From contig JBIKUX010000002.1 of assembly GCA_044347345.1 (NCBI GenBank), positions 32,001-96,000 on the forward strand: 64,000 bases of DNA, given 5' to 3'. Positions 1-10,445 of this stretch are shown piece by piece. The position numbers were made by a program, and so were the translations under genes. How positions within the stretch are numbered: the first letter of the stretch is position 1; each line of letters opens with the position of its first letter. Under the pieces are notes generated by a model that worked only from the letters and a program-made list of their open reading frames with translations, made no database searches and was not told the origin of the DNA. The DNA comes from Bdellovibrionota bacterium. GTDB taxonomy: Bacteria > Bdellovibrionota_C > UBA2361 > JBIKUX01.

Positions 1-681
1 GTTCCTGAGCTGGAAGTAGACCAGTATGTTGATGAGGTAGCAAAACGCAACAATTTGCCCAGAGAACAGTTTATTTCTGCTTTAATGCAAACTGGTTCAA
101 CTGAGAGCAAGTACAGAGAACAAGTACGCCTTGAAATTCTTAAATCTAAGGTTACTGCTGCCTCACTCAGAGGAGGAGTAGCAGTTACAGATAAAGAAGT
201 AGAAGAATATCTAGAGAAGAACAAGGAAGCTCTTAACCAAGGCCCTACCTTATCACTTTCTCAAATTATTCTCGATAGCTCAAAAATTTCAAAAAAAGAA
301 GCTATCAGTAAGCTTAAAAAATTAATTAAACAAGTAGAAAACGGAGAATCCTTTAGCGATTTGGCTAGAAAATATTCCGATGGACCAGAGGCAAAAAAAG
401 ATGGTGGATCTCTCGGAGCAGTTGCAGAAAAAGACCTAAGTCCTATAATTTTTGATGCTGTGTTTTCTCTGGATGAAGGAGAAGTCAGCGACATTGTAAT
501 TTCTGACAAGGGCTATCATATTTTTTATGTCGAAAATAAAAATGAAGATGAGGATGATATACAAGAAAAGCTACGATTAGAAATACGCGAAAAACTCGCT
601 CGTGAAAAACTTGAATTAAAAATAGCAACTTATGTCAGTGAAGAGCTAATGAAGCTACATTCAGTTGATAAAAAAATTTAG
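1..681 (+). CDS. SurA-like parvulin peptidyl-prolyl isomerase/chaperone, 5' truncated by window edge
   Basis: Frame is open from base 1 (VPELEVDQYVDEVAKRNNLPREQF...). Parvulin motifs FSDLARKYSDG, GGSLG, GEVSD, GYHIF follow a SurA-type N-terminal helical region. Confidence 0.85.
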   Translation, partial: VPELEVDQYVDEVAKRNNLPREQFISALMQTGSTESKYREQVRLEILKSKVTAASLRGGVAVTDKEVEEYLEKNKEALNQGPTLSLSQIILDSSKISKKEAISKLKKLIKQVENGESFSDLARKYSDGPEAKKDGGSLGAVAEKDLSPIIFDAVFSLDEGEVSDIVISDKGYHIFYVENKNEDEDDIQEKLRLEIREKLAREKLELKIATYVSEELMKLHSVDKKI

Positions 682-858
682 TTTTCTCAGAAATAAAACC
701 TAAGCTTTTTAGTGTAGATTTATCCATACAAAAAATATTGATCTATCCTAAAAAGTTTAAACTGCGGGATCGCACAATACATGAAGTCTGGTGCCGTTAA
801 TAAAAAAAGTGCATTATAGGTTTCGCTAAATCACAATTTTTGAAGAGCAGATATTATT

Positions 859-2265
859 ATGACTCATGTAAACCCCGTAATTTTTCGTGAGTATGACATC
901 CGTGGTACAGTCGGAGTGGATCTTAACAATACCGTAGCTTACCTCCTAGGTCGAGCATACGGAACTCTTGCCAAGGACAGCGGTAAGAATCGTATTGGCA
1001 TAGGCTTTGATTGTCGCCTCTCTTCAGAGGGTTTTGCTCATGAATTAGCTCGCGGATTATCAGATGAAGGCCTAGATGGAGTCATCACAGGTATGGGGCC
1101 AACTCCGCAGCTGTACTACGCTATCAGAGCTTTGGAATTAGGTGGAGGAATTCAAGTAACCGGCAGTCATAATCCTCCTGACATGAACGGATTCAAGCTA
1201 TGCTTGGGAACTCACACGCTATCTGGCAGTGAAATACAAAATCTTCTTTCTAGGATTCGTTCTCTTCCAGTTTCCTGCACTACACCCAACAGTGCAGAAT
1301 CTTCAAATTCTACAAATCGTGGAAACATAACAACATCACTGATGCGTGATGAGTATATTCAAATGTTAATTGATAAGTCGCGCAATTCGATAGGCAATCG
1401 CAAACTGAAAGTAGTGTGCGACGCTGGTAATGGAGTGGGCGGCTTAGTAGGTCCTGAAGTGCTACGTCAATTAGGCGTTGAGGTTGTAGAGCTATATTGT
1501 GACCCTGATGGACGTTTTCCGAATCATCACCCCGACCCTACTGAAGTAGCAAGCCTTAAAGATTTAATCGCTAAAGTTCGTGAAACTAAAGCTGATGTAG
1601 GTATTGGTTGGGATGGTGATGCTGATCGAATTGGCGTAGTTGATGAACAAGGAAATGTAATTTTCGGAGATATTCTACTTGCTCTTTATGCGAGGCAGAT
1701 TTTACGAGAAGCTCCAGGTGCAACTATCATTGGTGATGTTAAGTGTTCAACTCGTCTGTTTGATGACATCAAAGCTCACGGCGGAAATGCAATCATGTGG
1801 AGAACTGGGCACTCTCTAATTAAAAGTAAGTTGTATGAAACTAATGCGGCTTTAGCTGGAGAAATGAGCGGACACATATTCTTTAACCATCGTTACTTTG
1901 GTTTCGATGATGCCTTACATTCTGCCTGTCGCTTAGTCGAATTATTATCAAATACCTCACTGACACTTTCGCAACTTGTAAGTGACTTCCCATCTGCTTT
2001 TGCTACTCCAGAGATAAGATTAGATTGCCCGGAGGAAGTAAAATTTTTGGTGCCTGAAAAAATCAAAGAATCCTTTAGCGAATATCCCACAAATACCATA
2101 GATGGCGTAAGAATTGAGTTCCCTAATGGATGGGGTTTAGTGCGCGCCTCTAATACTCAACCGGTGTTAGTGTTACGCTTTGAAGCAAACTCACCTGAAG
2201 AGCTTTTGAAATATCAGGAACTAGTTGTCAATAGAGTCGAGCGCATAAAACAACAGTTACTTTAA
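859..2265 (+). CDS. Phosphomannomutase/phosphoglucomutase (AlgC-like)
   Basis: FREYDIRG N-terminus, phosphoserine motif TGSHNP, metal loop DGDADR, GEMSGH, RASNTQP. Confidence 0.95.
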   Translation: MTHVNPVIFREYDIRGTVGVDLNNTVAYLLGRAYGTLAKDSGKNRIGIGFDCRLSSEGFAHELARGLSDEGLDGVITGMGPTPQLYYAIRALELGGGIQVTGSHNPPDMNGFKLCLGTHTLSGSEIQNLLSRIRSLPVSCTTPNSAESSNSTNRGNITTSLMRDEYIQMLIDKSRNSIGNRKLKVVCDAGNGVGGLVGPEVLRQLGVEVVELYCDPDGRFPNHHPDPTEVASLKDLIAKVRETKADVGIGWDGDADRIGVVDEQGNVIFGDILLALYARQILREAPGATIIGDVKCSTRLFDDIKAHGGNAIMWRTGHSLIKSKLYETNAALAGEMSGHIFFNHRYFGFDDALHSACRLVELLSNTSLTLSQLVSDFPSAFATPEIRLDCPEEVKFLVPEKIKESFSEYPTNTIDGVRIEFPNGWGLVRASNTQPVLVLRFEANSPEELLKYQELVVNRVERIKQQLL

Positions 2266-2368
2266 CCCTAGTCTTATATTTTGCCTTGTTTTAATTGAGT
2301 GTAAAACTTTTTGATAGGAATAGGAGTGGCTTATTGCAAGTCAATCTGAGCAAATAAAGCTCATTGAT

Positions 2369-4252
2369 GTGTCAGTTGGTACAGGACAAATATATAACCT
2401 TTGTATTCCTAGGAGAGGTTTAACTTTAGTTGAAGGACCATCAGGAAGTGGTAAAACGACCCTCTTAAAAGCAGTGCTTGAGGGAGAAAGCGAAAGAAGA
2501 TCATCTATTCTTTCTGCTCTTTCTCTTTTTAGCGAAGTACCCACTCCTTTGAAAATAACACAGCCTCGGCATTCTTTACTTCATGGAAGTATATTAAATC
2601 TACCGAAATGTAGACTGCTAAATAGAGCTTTAACAACTCATGATACAATCGATTACGCCCTTAAATTATCTGAAAACATAATACCTATTACTTCAGGGGA
2701 AGAAGATATTTCTCACGATTTTCTAAAATACGTGATAGCTACCTATCCTGATGCTAAAGTAGCTATTACTACTCCTACTTATATATTTTTAAATACTAAT
2801 AATCTTCTTTTATATTTTGAAAAATTCGGTATTTCACAAGTAATTATTAATAATAAACTAATTCCTTTAAGAGATATTCTCCCTTCCTATATAGATAAAG
2901 AGCTCAGTGTTGCTTTTGTGGTAGACCGCTGCACGATTTCTAATCGTAATTATGATAGATTAATCGACGCACTAAAACTTTCAGCTCAAATAATGGAAGA
3001 ATTAGAGATACCCGCTAACGATATATGTAAGGGTGATTTATGGCTAAGAGCTGATAAAACATCTGACGTTACAAAAATTAGCTCTGATAATTATACTCAA
3101 TCAAGATTAAGTAATCTTTCTTCCACACCTTCATCTCTAAATGATTGGCTTTTATATTTACAAGCAATCAGAAAACCTACGAATGTTAAATATGCAAGCC
3201 TTATTCAAACTCTCTCTTGGTTAAAAAACTTAGGATTAGCTTCTATTCCTTCTAATACGACAGTAAATTCATTACCACATGCTACTCGAATACTAATTGA
3301 GATTTATAGTGGCTACTTAGATTCTTTTTTTGATGATTCATTTCTTCTTATTGATCTACCAAACAATCCTCTACCTAATTCTATTAACAAGGCCATACTA
3401 GATCTTACTGAGCATTTAATTAAAAAAGAGGTTGGGATTCTTTTAACTAATCCTTCAAGAGAAATAAAAGAAATAACACATACCTTAATCAGACTTACTG
3501 AGCCAAAACCTATCGCACCACCATTTACAGATATATGTGTTGTTCAAAGAGAACATAAATTAACACCCAACCTTTTATCTCCAACTCTTCAACTAGACCA
3601 ATCTATTTACAAAATAAACCTCGAGCGATTACAAGAAATACCTTACAAACTCAATCAACAGCATAATTTTACTCGTCCGATTCTTATTAGCGATGAAACT
3701 AAAGATAATAGTTCCTTAACTTTAAAGTGGAGTGAAGATTTTGTTATTCCATCCTCTTCTTTAATTAAGCTAGGCAATCTTTTAAAAATCACGACTCATA
3801 TCCGTGATTCTTTTGTTGCGCTGCCACTAGCTCGTCAGCGAGGTGTTAGTCGTAAAGATTTTTATTCTCGTAAACAAAGTAATAACTCTTGCGTAAAAGA
3901 GCTTTACCTTAGAGGATATTCCTATGATGCAATAATGTCCGCGACTCTAGCCGAAGTAAGTGAGTTATTTTGTAATCACCCTAAACTACATCATATCTTT
4001 CCATTATTAGCCTCGCACAATCTCCTTCATCTTTCACTCAAACGTCCATTTATAACTTTAAGTAGTGGAGAACAACACAGAGTAAATCTTTTGCGTATTG
4101 CCCTTAACTTAAAAGACAATCAAGTATGGATCATTGAAAATTTTGATTGGGAACTAACTGAAATCCAGAAAAAAAATTTATGTAAGATATTTTCTACTAA
4201 ACTTCCGGCTACCTCGGCAGCTATTATAAGAACCAGTCCTAATAATTCATAA
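2369..4252 (+). CDS. Highly diverged UvrA-derived ABC-ATPase-like protein (no Zn fingers); true start may be near 2333
   Basis: N-terminal Walker A GPSGSGKT in a UvrA-like context (NLCIPRRGLTLVEG). UvrA-like blocks FVVDRC..YDRLIDAL, IRDSFVALPLARQRG and LHLSLKRPFITLSSGEQHRVNL. Confidence 0.65.
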   Translation: MSVGTGQIYNLCIPRRGLTLVEGPSGSGKTTLLKAVLEGESERRSSILSALSLFSEVPTPLKITQPRHSLLHGSILNLPKCRLLNRALTTHDTIDYALKLSENIIPITSGEEDISHDFLKYVIATYPDAKVAITTPTYIFLNTNNLLLYFEKFGISQVIINNKLIPLRDILPSYIDKELSVAFVVDRCTISNRNYDRLIDALKLSAQIMEELEIPANDICKGDLWLRADKTSDVTKISSDNYTQSRLSNLSSTPSSLNDWLLYLQAIRKPTNVKYASLIQTLSWLKNLGLASIPSNTTVNSLPHATRILIEIYSGYLDSFFDDSFLLIDLPNNPLPNSINKAILDLTEHLIKKEVGILLTNPSREIKEITHTLIRLTEPKPIAPPFTDICVVQREHKLTPNLLSPTLQLDQSIYKINLERLQEIPYKLNQQHNFTRPILISDETKDNSSLTLKWSEDFVIPSSSLIKLGNLLKITTHIRDSFVALPLARQRGVSRKDFYSRKQSNNSCVKELYLRGYSYDAIMSATLAEVSELFCNHPKLHHIFPLLASHNLLHLSLKRPFITLSSGEQHRVNLLRIALNLKDNQVWIIENFDWELTEIQKKNLCKIFSTKLPATSAAIIRTSPNNS

Positions 4253-4267
4253 TAAATTAATAAAGTT

Positions 4268-4927
4268 ATGATTAGTGTTGATAAAATCAAAGAAGGAATA
4301 AATAGATTTTTAGAGGGATTCTCTCTAGAGCGCTTAAATGAAGTATTTACAACAGTAAAATCAATAATTTTTTCACCAAAACAATTTCTATCAAATAACG
4401 CTTTAGCTCAGATTGAGCCCTCTCAAATTTTATTACGTTTTACAGCTGTAATTTCAACTATTAGCTCAATGGTATCAGCTTTGATTATTCTATTTATTGG
4501 AGTTCCACAATCAGGAACTGATATTCTTGTGAGCGTACCAGTACTTAATTTAATAATGGGAGCTTTTTATGAAATCGGGATGACTGTCGGTATAACTTAT
4601 CTCACTGTAGAGTTTATCATAAAGTGGGCACAACTATTATCCTTGCAAATTAAATCGGAAACAGTCCTTCCTGTCCTAGCATTTTCACTAACTCCAACAA
4701 TTCTAAGTAGAGTTATTTACGCTGTTCCATCTATCTGGATGCTAGCAATACTCGGCCTAAGTTATACTGGCATACTCCTTTGGCACGGGATAATTCAACA
4801 AAATTTAGTTGAACCAACAGAACAACCAATCATAAAAACAATAATCTTTAAAATTGGCACGATCTTAGGTGTTTTAGCCTTAATTATTTTTATTTTTTCA
4901 ATTACAGAAGGAATGCGCTTACCGTAA
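4268..4927 (+). CDS. Yip1-like multi-pass membrane protein
   Basis: About 5 hydrophobic helices; IIFSPKQF and AFSLTP patterns resemble Yip1-family proteins. Confidence 0.55.
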   Translation: MISVDKIKEGINRFLEGFSLERLNEVFTTVKSIIFSPKQFLSNNALAQIEPSQILLRFTAVISTISSMVSALIILFIGVPQSGTDILVSVPVLNLIMGAFYEIGMTVGITYLTVEFIIKWAQLLSLQIKSETVLPVLAFSLTPTILSRVIYAVPSIWMLAILGLSYTGILLWHGIIQQNLVEPTEQPIIKTIIFKIGTILGVLALIIFIFSITEGMRLP

Positions 4928-4930
4928 GTT

Positions 4931-4953
4931 AAAAGGCTACTTTCTAGTAGCCT
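4931..4953 (-). terminator. Intrinsic terminator between convergent genes (downstream of metK)
   Basis: Hairpin AGGCTACT-TTCT-AGTAGCCT (4934-4953) with a short T tract on the minus strand. Confidence 0.6.
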
Positions 4954-5012
4954 ATATCTATAATCTTGTAAGCTACAAAAAACCTACTCTTATGGTTAGA
5001 TAAATCTATAGA

Positions 5013-6200
5013 CTAAAGATTAAGCTTTTTACGAAGTTCTTCAACTTTATTAGTAGCCTCCCAACTAAATGCGCCTCCTTTACCTGGTGAACGGCCAAAA
5101 TGCCCGTAAGCAGCTGTTTGCCTATAAATAGGCTGCAATAAATGAAGAGACTCTATAATACCGCGAGGAGTAAGAGTAAAAATTTCCTTTATTGCATTAG
5201 CAATCTTGACATCTGAAATCTTACTCGTACCGAAAGTATCAACACGAATAGATACCGGTTCAGCAACTCCTATTGCATAGGCAACTTGAACCTCACACTT
5301 AGAAGCAATCTTTGCAGCTACAACATTTTTAGCAATATACCGAGCAGCATAGGCGGCTGAGCGATCTACTTTAGATGGATCTTTTCCTGAAAAAGCTCCA
5401 CCCCCATGACGGCCATAACCACCATAGGTATCTACAATTATCTTACGACCAGTAAGACCACAATCTCCAACTGGTCCTCCAATAACAAAACGTCCAGTAG
5501 GATTGATCAAAAAGCGAGTCGTCGAGTCAACCAAATTAACTGGTAAAACCTGACGTGCAATGTCATTTACCACATAGTCATGTAGCTCACTAAGAGAAAT
5601 ATCCTCACTGTGCTGAGTAGATAGTACCACCGTATCTATGTGGCAAGGCCTACCATTTTCATACTTTACGGTCACCTGGCTTTTAGCGTCGGGCTTCAAA
5701 AAAGGAGCCGCGCCTGATTTTCGCATACGAGCAGCAGTCGCAACAAGTTGATGAGATAAGGAAATAGGTAGAGGCATTAGTTCAGGAGTCTCATCACAAG
5801 CAAATCCAAACATTAACCCTTGATCACCTGCACCTTGCTCTTTAAATGTTCCTTCACCTTCATTTACACCCATACTGATGTCGGGTGATTGTTGGCTTAA
5901 AAATGAAAGGTATGTGAATGTCTTGCTATCGAATCCAAGACTAGGTTCATTGTAACCAATTTCTTCTACAACTTTTCTGGCTACCGATTCAAAATCCACC
6001 TTACCTTTAAATGTCACCTCTCCGGCAACAATCAAAGTGTTATTTTTCACTAAGGTTTCACATGCTACTCTACCATTTGGATCAATGGTGAGGACAGCAT
6101 CAAGAATAGCATCGCTAACTTGATCGGCAATTTTATCTGGATGTCCCTCTGAGACCGATTCTGAAGTGAAGAGCGATTGCTCATCAGTTAGTTCATTCAT
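5013..6200 (-). CDS. metK: S-adenosylmethionine synthetase
   Basis: [49 protein letters not shown]. Confidence 0.98.
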   Translation of the reverse strand: MNELTDEQSLFTSESVSEGHPDKIADQVSDAILDAVLTIDPNGRVACETLVKNNTLIVAGEVTFKGKVDFESVARKVVEEIGYNEPSLGFDSKTFTYLSFLSQQSPDISMGVNEGEGTFKEQGAGDQGLMFGFACDETPELMPLPISLSHQLVATAARMRKSGAAPFLKPDAKSQVTVKYENGRPCHIDTVVLSTQHSEDISLSELHDYVVNDIARQVLPVNLVDSTTRFLINPTGRFVIGGPVGDCGLTGRKIIVDTYGGYGRHGGGAFSGKDPSKVDRSAAYAARYIAKNVVAAKIASKCEVQVAYAIGVAEPVSIRVDTFGTSKISDVKIANAIKEIFTLTPRGIIESLHLLQPIYRQTAAYGHFGRSPGKGGAFSWEATNKVEELRKKLNL

Positions 6201-6301
6201 ATTGCTGCCTATTTAGCTGATGGTTAAAAGTGAAAAACTCTCAGGCTAGTAGTATTTATTTGACGGCCACTAAGGTCAAGTTTTTTGCCATAAAAGTTAT
6301 G

Positions 6302-7216
6302 CTAATCAAGTGCTACATCTCGATGAAAGCAATTAAGAAGATACCCTGACTGACACTCACTACTAAGTCGACTGGCAAGCGCCTCCACAATAGAAACTGA
6401 TCTATGTTTACCCCCAGTACAACCTATTCCTACAGTTAGATAAGACTTACCCTCTCGCACATAACGGGGCAACAGAAATAAAAGAAGAGCCGAAACTTGA
6501 TTGAGAAATGTCCTTGTATCTTCAGAAGATAACACAAATTCTCTCACCTCAGAATCAAGACCAGTCTTGAGTTGCAATTTCAAATCAAAAAATGGATTTG
6601 GTAAAAATCTAACATCGAAAAGAAGGTCACAATCTCGTGGTGCTACATACTTAAAGCCAAAGGATACAAGATTTACTCGCATCTGAGGGATATCCTCATT
6701 AAGCACGTGAGTTACAATTCGCTCCATCTCTCTTTTGAGGTCGTGCACAGTAAGAGAAGTTGTATCAACAACGATGTTGGCGATAAATTTAAGAGACGAG
6801 AGTTGAGCACGCTCCTTAACAATAGCATCAGAGATAGTGCCATGAATATTACTATCAAAGCGGGGATGAGGTCTTCTAGTTTCACTGTAACGTTTTAAAA
6901 TGATTGAATCTTCGCAATCAAGAAAAATTATAGATAACCTCTTTCGTCCCTCCTCAATAGAATTAACTAAGTCTATTACTGATTGTACACTCTTTTCCTG
7001 AGAATCTATATTTAGACTAACTCCCGCCTTACGGCGCTCAACCGGTAGCTGCCGAGTAAATTCGATAAACTGGCCGAATAATTTAACTGGTAGATTGTCA
7101 ACTATAAAAAAGCCGTGATCTTCTAACTTGTTTAGCGCTGTTGAGCGACCGGCTCCAGAGATACCAGACAAAATAACTAGGGAGTTCAGATGATCTATGG
7201 CTAAACTTCCCGTCAT
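6302..7216 (-). CDS. rapZ: RNase adaptor protein RapZ (YvcJ family)
   Basis: GISGAGRS P-loop, VDNLP, RYSETRRPHP, SFGFKY, FDVRFLPNPF, GCTGGKHRSV. Confidence 0.95.
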   Translation of the reverse strand: MTGSLAIDHLNSLVILSGISGAGRSTALNKLEDHGFFIVDNLPVKLFGQFIEFTRQLPVERRKAGVSLNIDSQEKSVQSVIDLVNSIEEGRKRLSIIFLDCEDSIILKRYSETRRPHPRFDSNIHGTISDAIVKERAQLSSLKFIANIVVDTTSLTVHDLKREMERIVTHVLNEDIPQMRVNLVSFGFKYVAPRDCDLLFDVRFLPNPFFDLKLQLKTGLDSEVREFVLSSEDTRTFLNQVSALLLFLLPRYVREGKSYLTVGIGCTGGKHRSVSIVEALASRLSSECQSGYLLNCFHRDVALD

Positions 7217-7296
7217 TTGCTTACCTTGCCTTTGATTTAACCACCAATTAAACTCTCTCCTAAAATTAGATCTAACTTAAGAAATCTCTTCTACTT

Positions 7297-7626
7297 TTAA
7301 GAATGCTTTGTGAGCTTTTCTTTATGCTTTCTTAATTGCTGAGATAGCGTATGAGCTAACGCGTCAATAGAAGCGTATAAGTCATTACTTTCTTCTGTTA
7401 CCTTAAAATCAGCACCATCCATGTGGAGAGCGACTTCAGCTATGTGGCGCTTTTTTTCCACTATTAAAACCAAATGAGCCTCGGTATCTTGATGAGAAAA
7501 TTTACGGATTGAGTTACCTATTTTCTCAGAAGCATACGCCTTAAGAGGCTCTGTTGCTTCAGTATTTCGAAAAGTAATCAGTACATGAACAGCCACTTCG
7601 CTCGACATTTTTTCTATCTCCAACAA
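7297..7626 (-). CDS. hpf: Ribosome hibernation promoting factor (short HPF/RaiA)
   Basis: ITFRN, DLYASID, QLRKHKEK; position directly after rpoN. Start codon uncertain. Confidence 0.9.
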   Translation of the reverse strand: MLEIEKMSSEVAVHVLITFRNTEATEPLKAYASEKIGNSIRKFSHQDTEAHLVLIVEKKRHIAEVALHMDGADFKVTEESNDLYASIDALAHTLSQQLRKHKEKLTKHS

Positions 7627-7847
7627 CTAGGATTTTCAGCCGTGAAAAAATTGAAGCACTTCACCTAAAATGGAGGTTTGATGACCAACTTTTTATTACT
7701 AGCACAGGGTAATTTTTACCTATTTCGAATCATACTAAATCATTACAATCTCAGTCTATACCGCTTCAATTTAATACTGTACTACTATCTGTAAAAGCTT
7801 TCTTAAATTTTTGTCTGTTTATCCCACAACTGATTCACTGCTAGCTA

Positions 7848-9338
7848 TTAAAAAATCTTTTTTCTCTGAGAAGAAGCTGGAATTCCCAACGCTTCTCGGT
7901 ACTTTGCTACTGTTCTTCTCGCAATCATAACTTGACCTTGCTTAAGTATTTCAACAATTTTTTGGTCGCTTATTGGATCCTCAGGTATCTCTTGCGCTAT
8001 CAAACTCCTGATTTTTTCTTTAATTGCTGAGGATGAAACTTCTCCTTCGCCACTTCTAATTCCGGTTGTAAAGAAAAATTTCAGTTCAAAAAGCCCTTGC
8101 GGGGTATGCATAAATTTATTGCTGGTTACTCTACTTACAGTAGATTCATGCATTCCAATATCGTCTGCTACTTCCTTGAGAACTAATGGCTTTAGCCGCG
8201 AGATTCCCTCACTTAAGAAATCTCGCTGAAACTTCACGATACTTTCAGCAACCTTGCGAATAGTATTTTGTCGTTGTTGAATACTTTTTATTAGCCATGT
8301 TGCGGCCTTCAGACGCTCTTGTAAATAAGCGCGATTCTTATCATCACCACCACCACTACTACTACCACCACCTTCTTTAAGGAGCTGCTGATAATAACGA
8401 CTAATTCGCAGCTTGGGTAATCCATCATCATTGAGAATTACCACAAACTCTCCAGCAACTTTCTGAACATAAATATCGGGTATAATGTATCGGGTATTAT
8501 CTTCAAAAAATGGTCTACCAGGATAAGGCTCAAGCTTTTGAATAGCTTGCACGGCCTTATAAACGTCTTGCAAAGTAACATTCTCTTTCTTTGCAATCTG
8601 GTCATAACGCTTATCTTGAAGTCTATCTAAGTAATTTTTAACGATTGCGCCTTCAAGAGCTTCTACTTTACCGAGACGATCTAACTGAATCAGTAAACAT
8701 TCCTTTAAATTTCGCGCAAAAACACCATGTGGTTCAAGGGTGGTAAGCTGTTCTGCTACTGTCTCAACCAAAGTGAGTGTACAGCCAGTACTCTCAGCAA
8801 CTTCTTCGTATTCAACACAGAGATAACCTCGCTGATCTAAATTTCCCACCATAGTTAGAGCTATCGTCCTTTCCTCATGAGAAAGATCAAGTAAACGAAT
8901 CTGAGATAATAAAGAATCCTCTAAACTCTGTCCCTGCGATAAACGAGACTCAGATGATGGTCGTTCTTCTGATTCCTCTAACGCAAAATTAGAAGACCCT
9001 CGGTATTCACTAAAAATTTCAAGATATTGCTCCCAATCCGCATCCGGTGTACTAGCCAATAAATCTTTTGATGAATCAGGAGAAAAATCAATTATTTCAA
9101 GTGATTCTACAGATTGATCACTGTTTGTGAGTTCAAAATTTTCCTCCTTACTATGATTGTCATCTCCACCACCATCTTCTCTTAGTTCCTCTAATATTGG
9201 ATTTTCTAAAAGCTCCTGCTCTATCGCTTCTTGATATTCCAAACGGCCGAGCTGCAACAGCTTAATTGCTTGCTGGAGCTGAGGAGTCATCGTTAAATTC
9301 TGACTTAATTTTTGAAGGAGCTTTGGTTGTAAAGCCAT
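7848..9338 (-). CDS. rpoN: RNA polymerase sigma-54 factor
   Basis: MTPQLQQAIKLLQL region I, HESTVSRV helix-turn-helix, RpoN box ARRTVAKYRE. Confidence 0.98.
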   Translation of the reverse strand: MALQPKLLQKLSQNLTMTPQLQQAIKLLQLGRLEYQEAIEQELLENPILEELREDGGGDDNHSKEENFELTNSDQSVESLEIIDFSPDSSKDLLASTPDADWEQYLEIFSEYRGSSNFALEESEERPSSESRLSQGQSLEDSLLSQIRLLDLSHEERTIALTMVGNLDQRGYLCVEYEEVAESTGCTLTLVETVAEQLTTLEPHGVFARNLKECLLIQLDRLGKVEALEGAIVKNYLDRLQDKRYDQIAKKENVTLQDVYKAVQAIQKLEPYPGRPFFEDNTRYIIPDIYVQKVAGEFVVILNDDGLPKLRISRYYQQLLKEGGGSSSGGGDDKNRAYLQERLKAATWLIKSIQQRQNTIRKVAESIVKFQRDFLSEGISRLKPLVLKEVADDIGMHESTVSRVTSNKFMHTPQGLFELKFFFTTGIRSGEGEVSSSAIKEKIRSLIAQEIPEDPISDQKIVEILKQGQVMIARRTVAKYREALGIPASSQRKKIF

Positions 9339-9600
9339 CTTTCTCGTTTTTTACTAATTAGCCCTTAATTTTTTCAGTCAATTAATTAAATAACTTAGTT
9401 TTATTATTAAAATGATTAAAATATCGCTTAACCAATATCACTGTAAGACGCCTCTCTATTGTATCTCGGTAAGAACTACTACTGATTTAACTATTCTCTT
9501 GAGATGATTATGAAGGGCACGTTTACTCGAATAGATTGAGTAGAATGATTAAACAACAGACGAACTTGAAATTTTCTTAAAAATCACCGGTTACTGAAAG

Positions 9601-10410
9601 TCACAATGAAAAATCATCACCTAAATAGTAGCGTCTCGCTCGGTCGCTATTAGCTATTACTTCTGGAGTTCCTTCTTCAAGAACACTACCATCCACCAGA
9701 ATATAAGCTCTGTTACAAATAGTAAGTGTTTCCCGTACATTATGATCAGTAATCAAAACGCCGATATTTTTAGCCTGTAAAACTTCAATAATTCCCTGGA
9801 TGTCTCTTATGGCTAGTGGGTCAATCCCTGCAAATGGTTCATCTAAGAGAATAAAATAAGGCGAACGCACTAACGCTCGAGTAATTTCTACTCGACGTCG
9901 CTCCCCTCCTGATAAAGCTGCAGCTATGGTACGTGCAACTTTAGTTAGCCCAAGTTCCTCCAACAATTGTTCAACACGCTCTCGGCGTGCTTTACGAGAA
10001 GAAAAGGGCATAGTTTCAGCAATACCCATAACATTGTCATATACCGTGAGCTTGCGAAAGACAGATGGCTCTTGAGGCAAATATCCGATCCCAAGACGAG
10101 CTCGCTCAAACATCGGTGCATGAGAAATATCTTGACCATTAAAAATAATAGTGCCGGAGTCTGGCGCAACTAATCCCACGAACATATAAAAAGTGGTAGT
10201 TTTACCAGCACCGTTAGGACCGAGAAGTCCAACAACCTCCCCTCCTTTCACCGCTACTGACACATTACTTACGACTTTTCGACCACTGTATGACTTAACG
10301 ATATTTTGTGAAGCTAGCTCCGGCAATCCAAAACTACGCTCACTAGATGTAATGGATTGCAAAGGCAGCTCTTCTCTTTGAATTGAGGAAATCGTTTCAT
10401 TTAAAACCAT
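9601..10410 (-). CDS. lptB: LPS export ABC transporter ATP-binding protein
   Basis: GPNGAGKTT, YLPQEPSVFRKL, LSGGERRRVEI, LLDEPFAGIDP, TDHNVRETL. Confidence 0.97.
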   Translation of the reverse strand: MVLNETISSIQREELPLQSITSSERSFGLPELASQNIVKSYSGRKVVSNVSVAVKGGEVVGLLGPNGAGKTTTFYMFVGLVAPDSGTIIFNGQDISHAPMFERARLGIGYLPQEPSVFRKLTVYDNVMGIAETMPFSSRKARRERVEQLLEELGLTKVARTIAAALSGGERRRVEITRALVRSPYFILLDEPFAGIDPLAIRDIQGIIEVLQAKNIGVLITDHNVRETLTICNRAYILVDGSVLEEGTPEVIANSDRARRYYLGDDFSL

Positions 10411-10445
10411 TTTTTCTACTTTATTAAAAGCAATTGAGGATGGAG

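Noticed and set aside
720-728. Single DnaA-box-like TTATCCATA
   Set aside because: An isolated one-mismatch hit is expected by chance in AT-rich DNA.
2369-4252. Calling it uvrA or a pseudogene
   Set aside because: It lacks Zn fingers and most catalytic motifs, yet the ORF is unbroken over 600+ codons.
6201-6301. SAM riboswitch upstream of metK
   Set aside because: The gap is ~100 bp, includes a probable promoter, and shows no SAM-I/II consensus.
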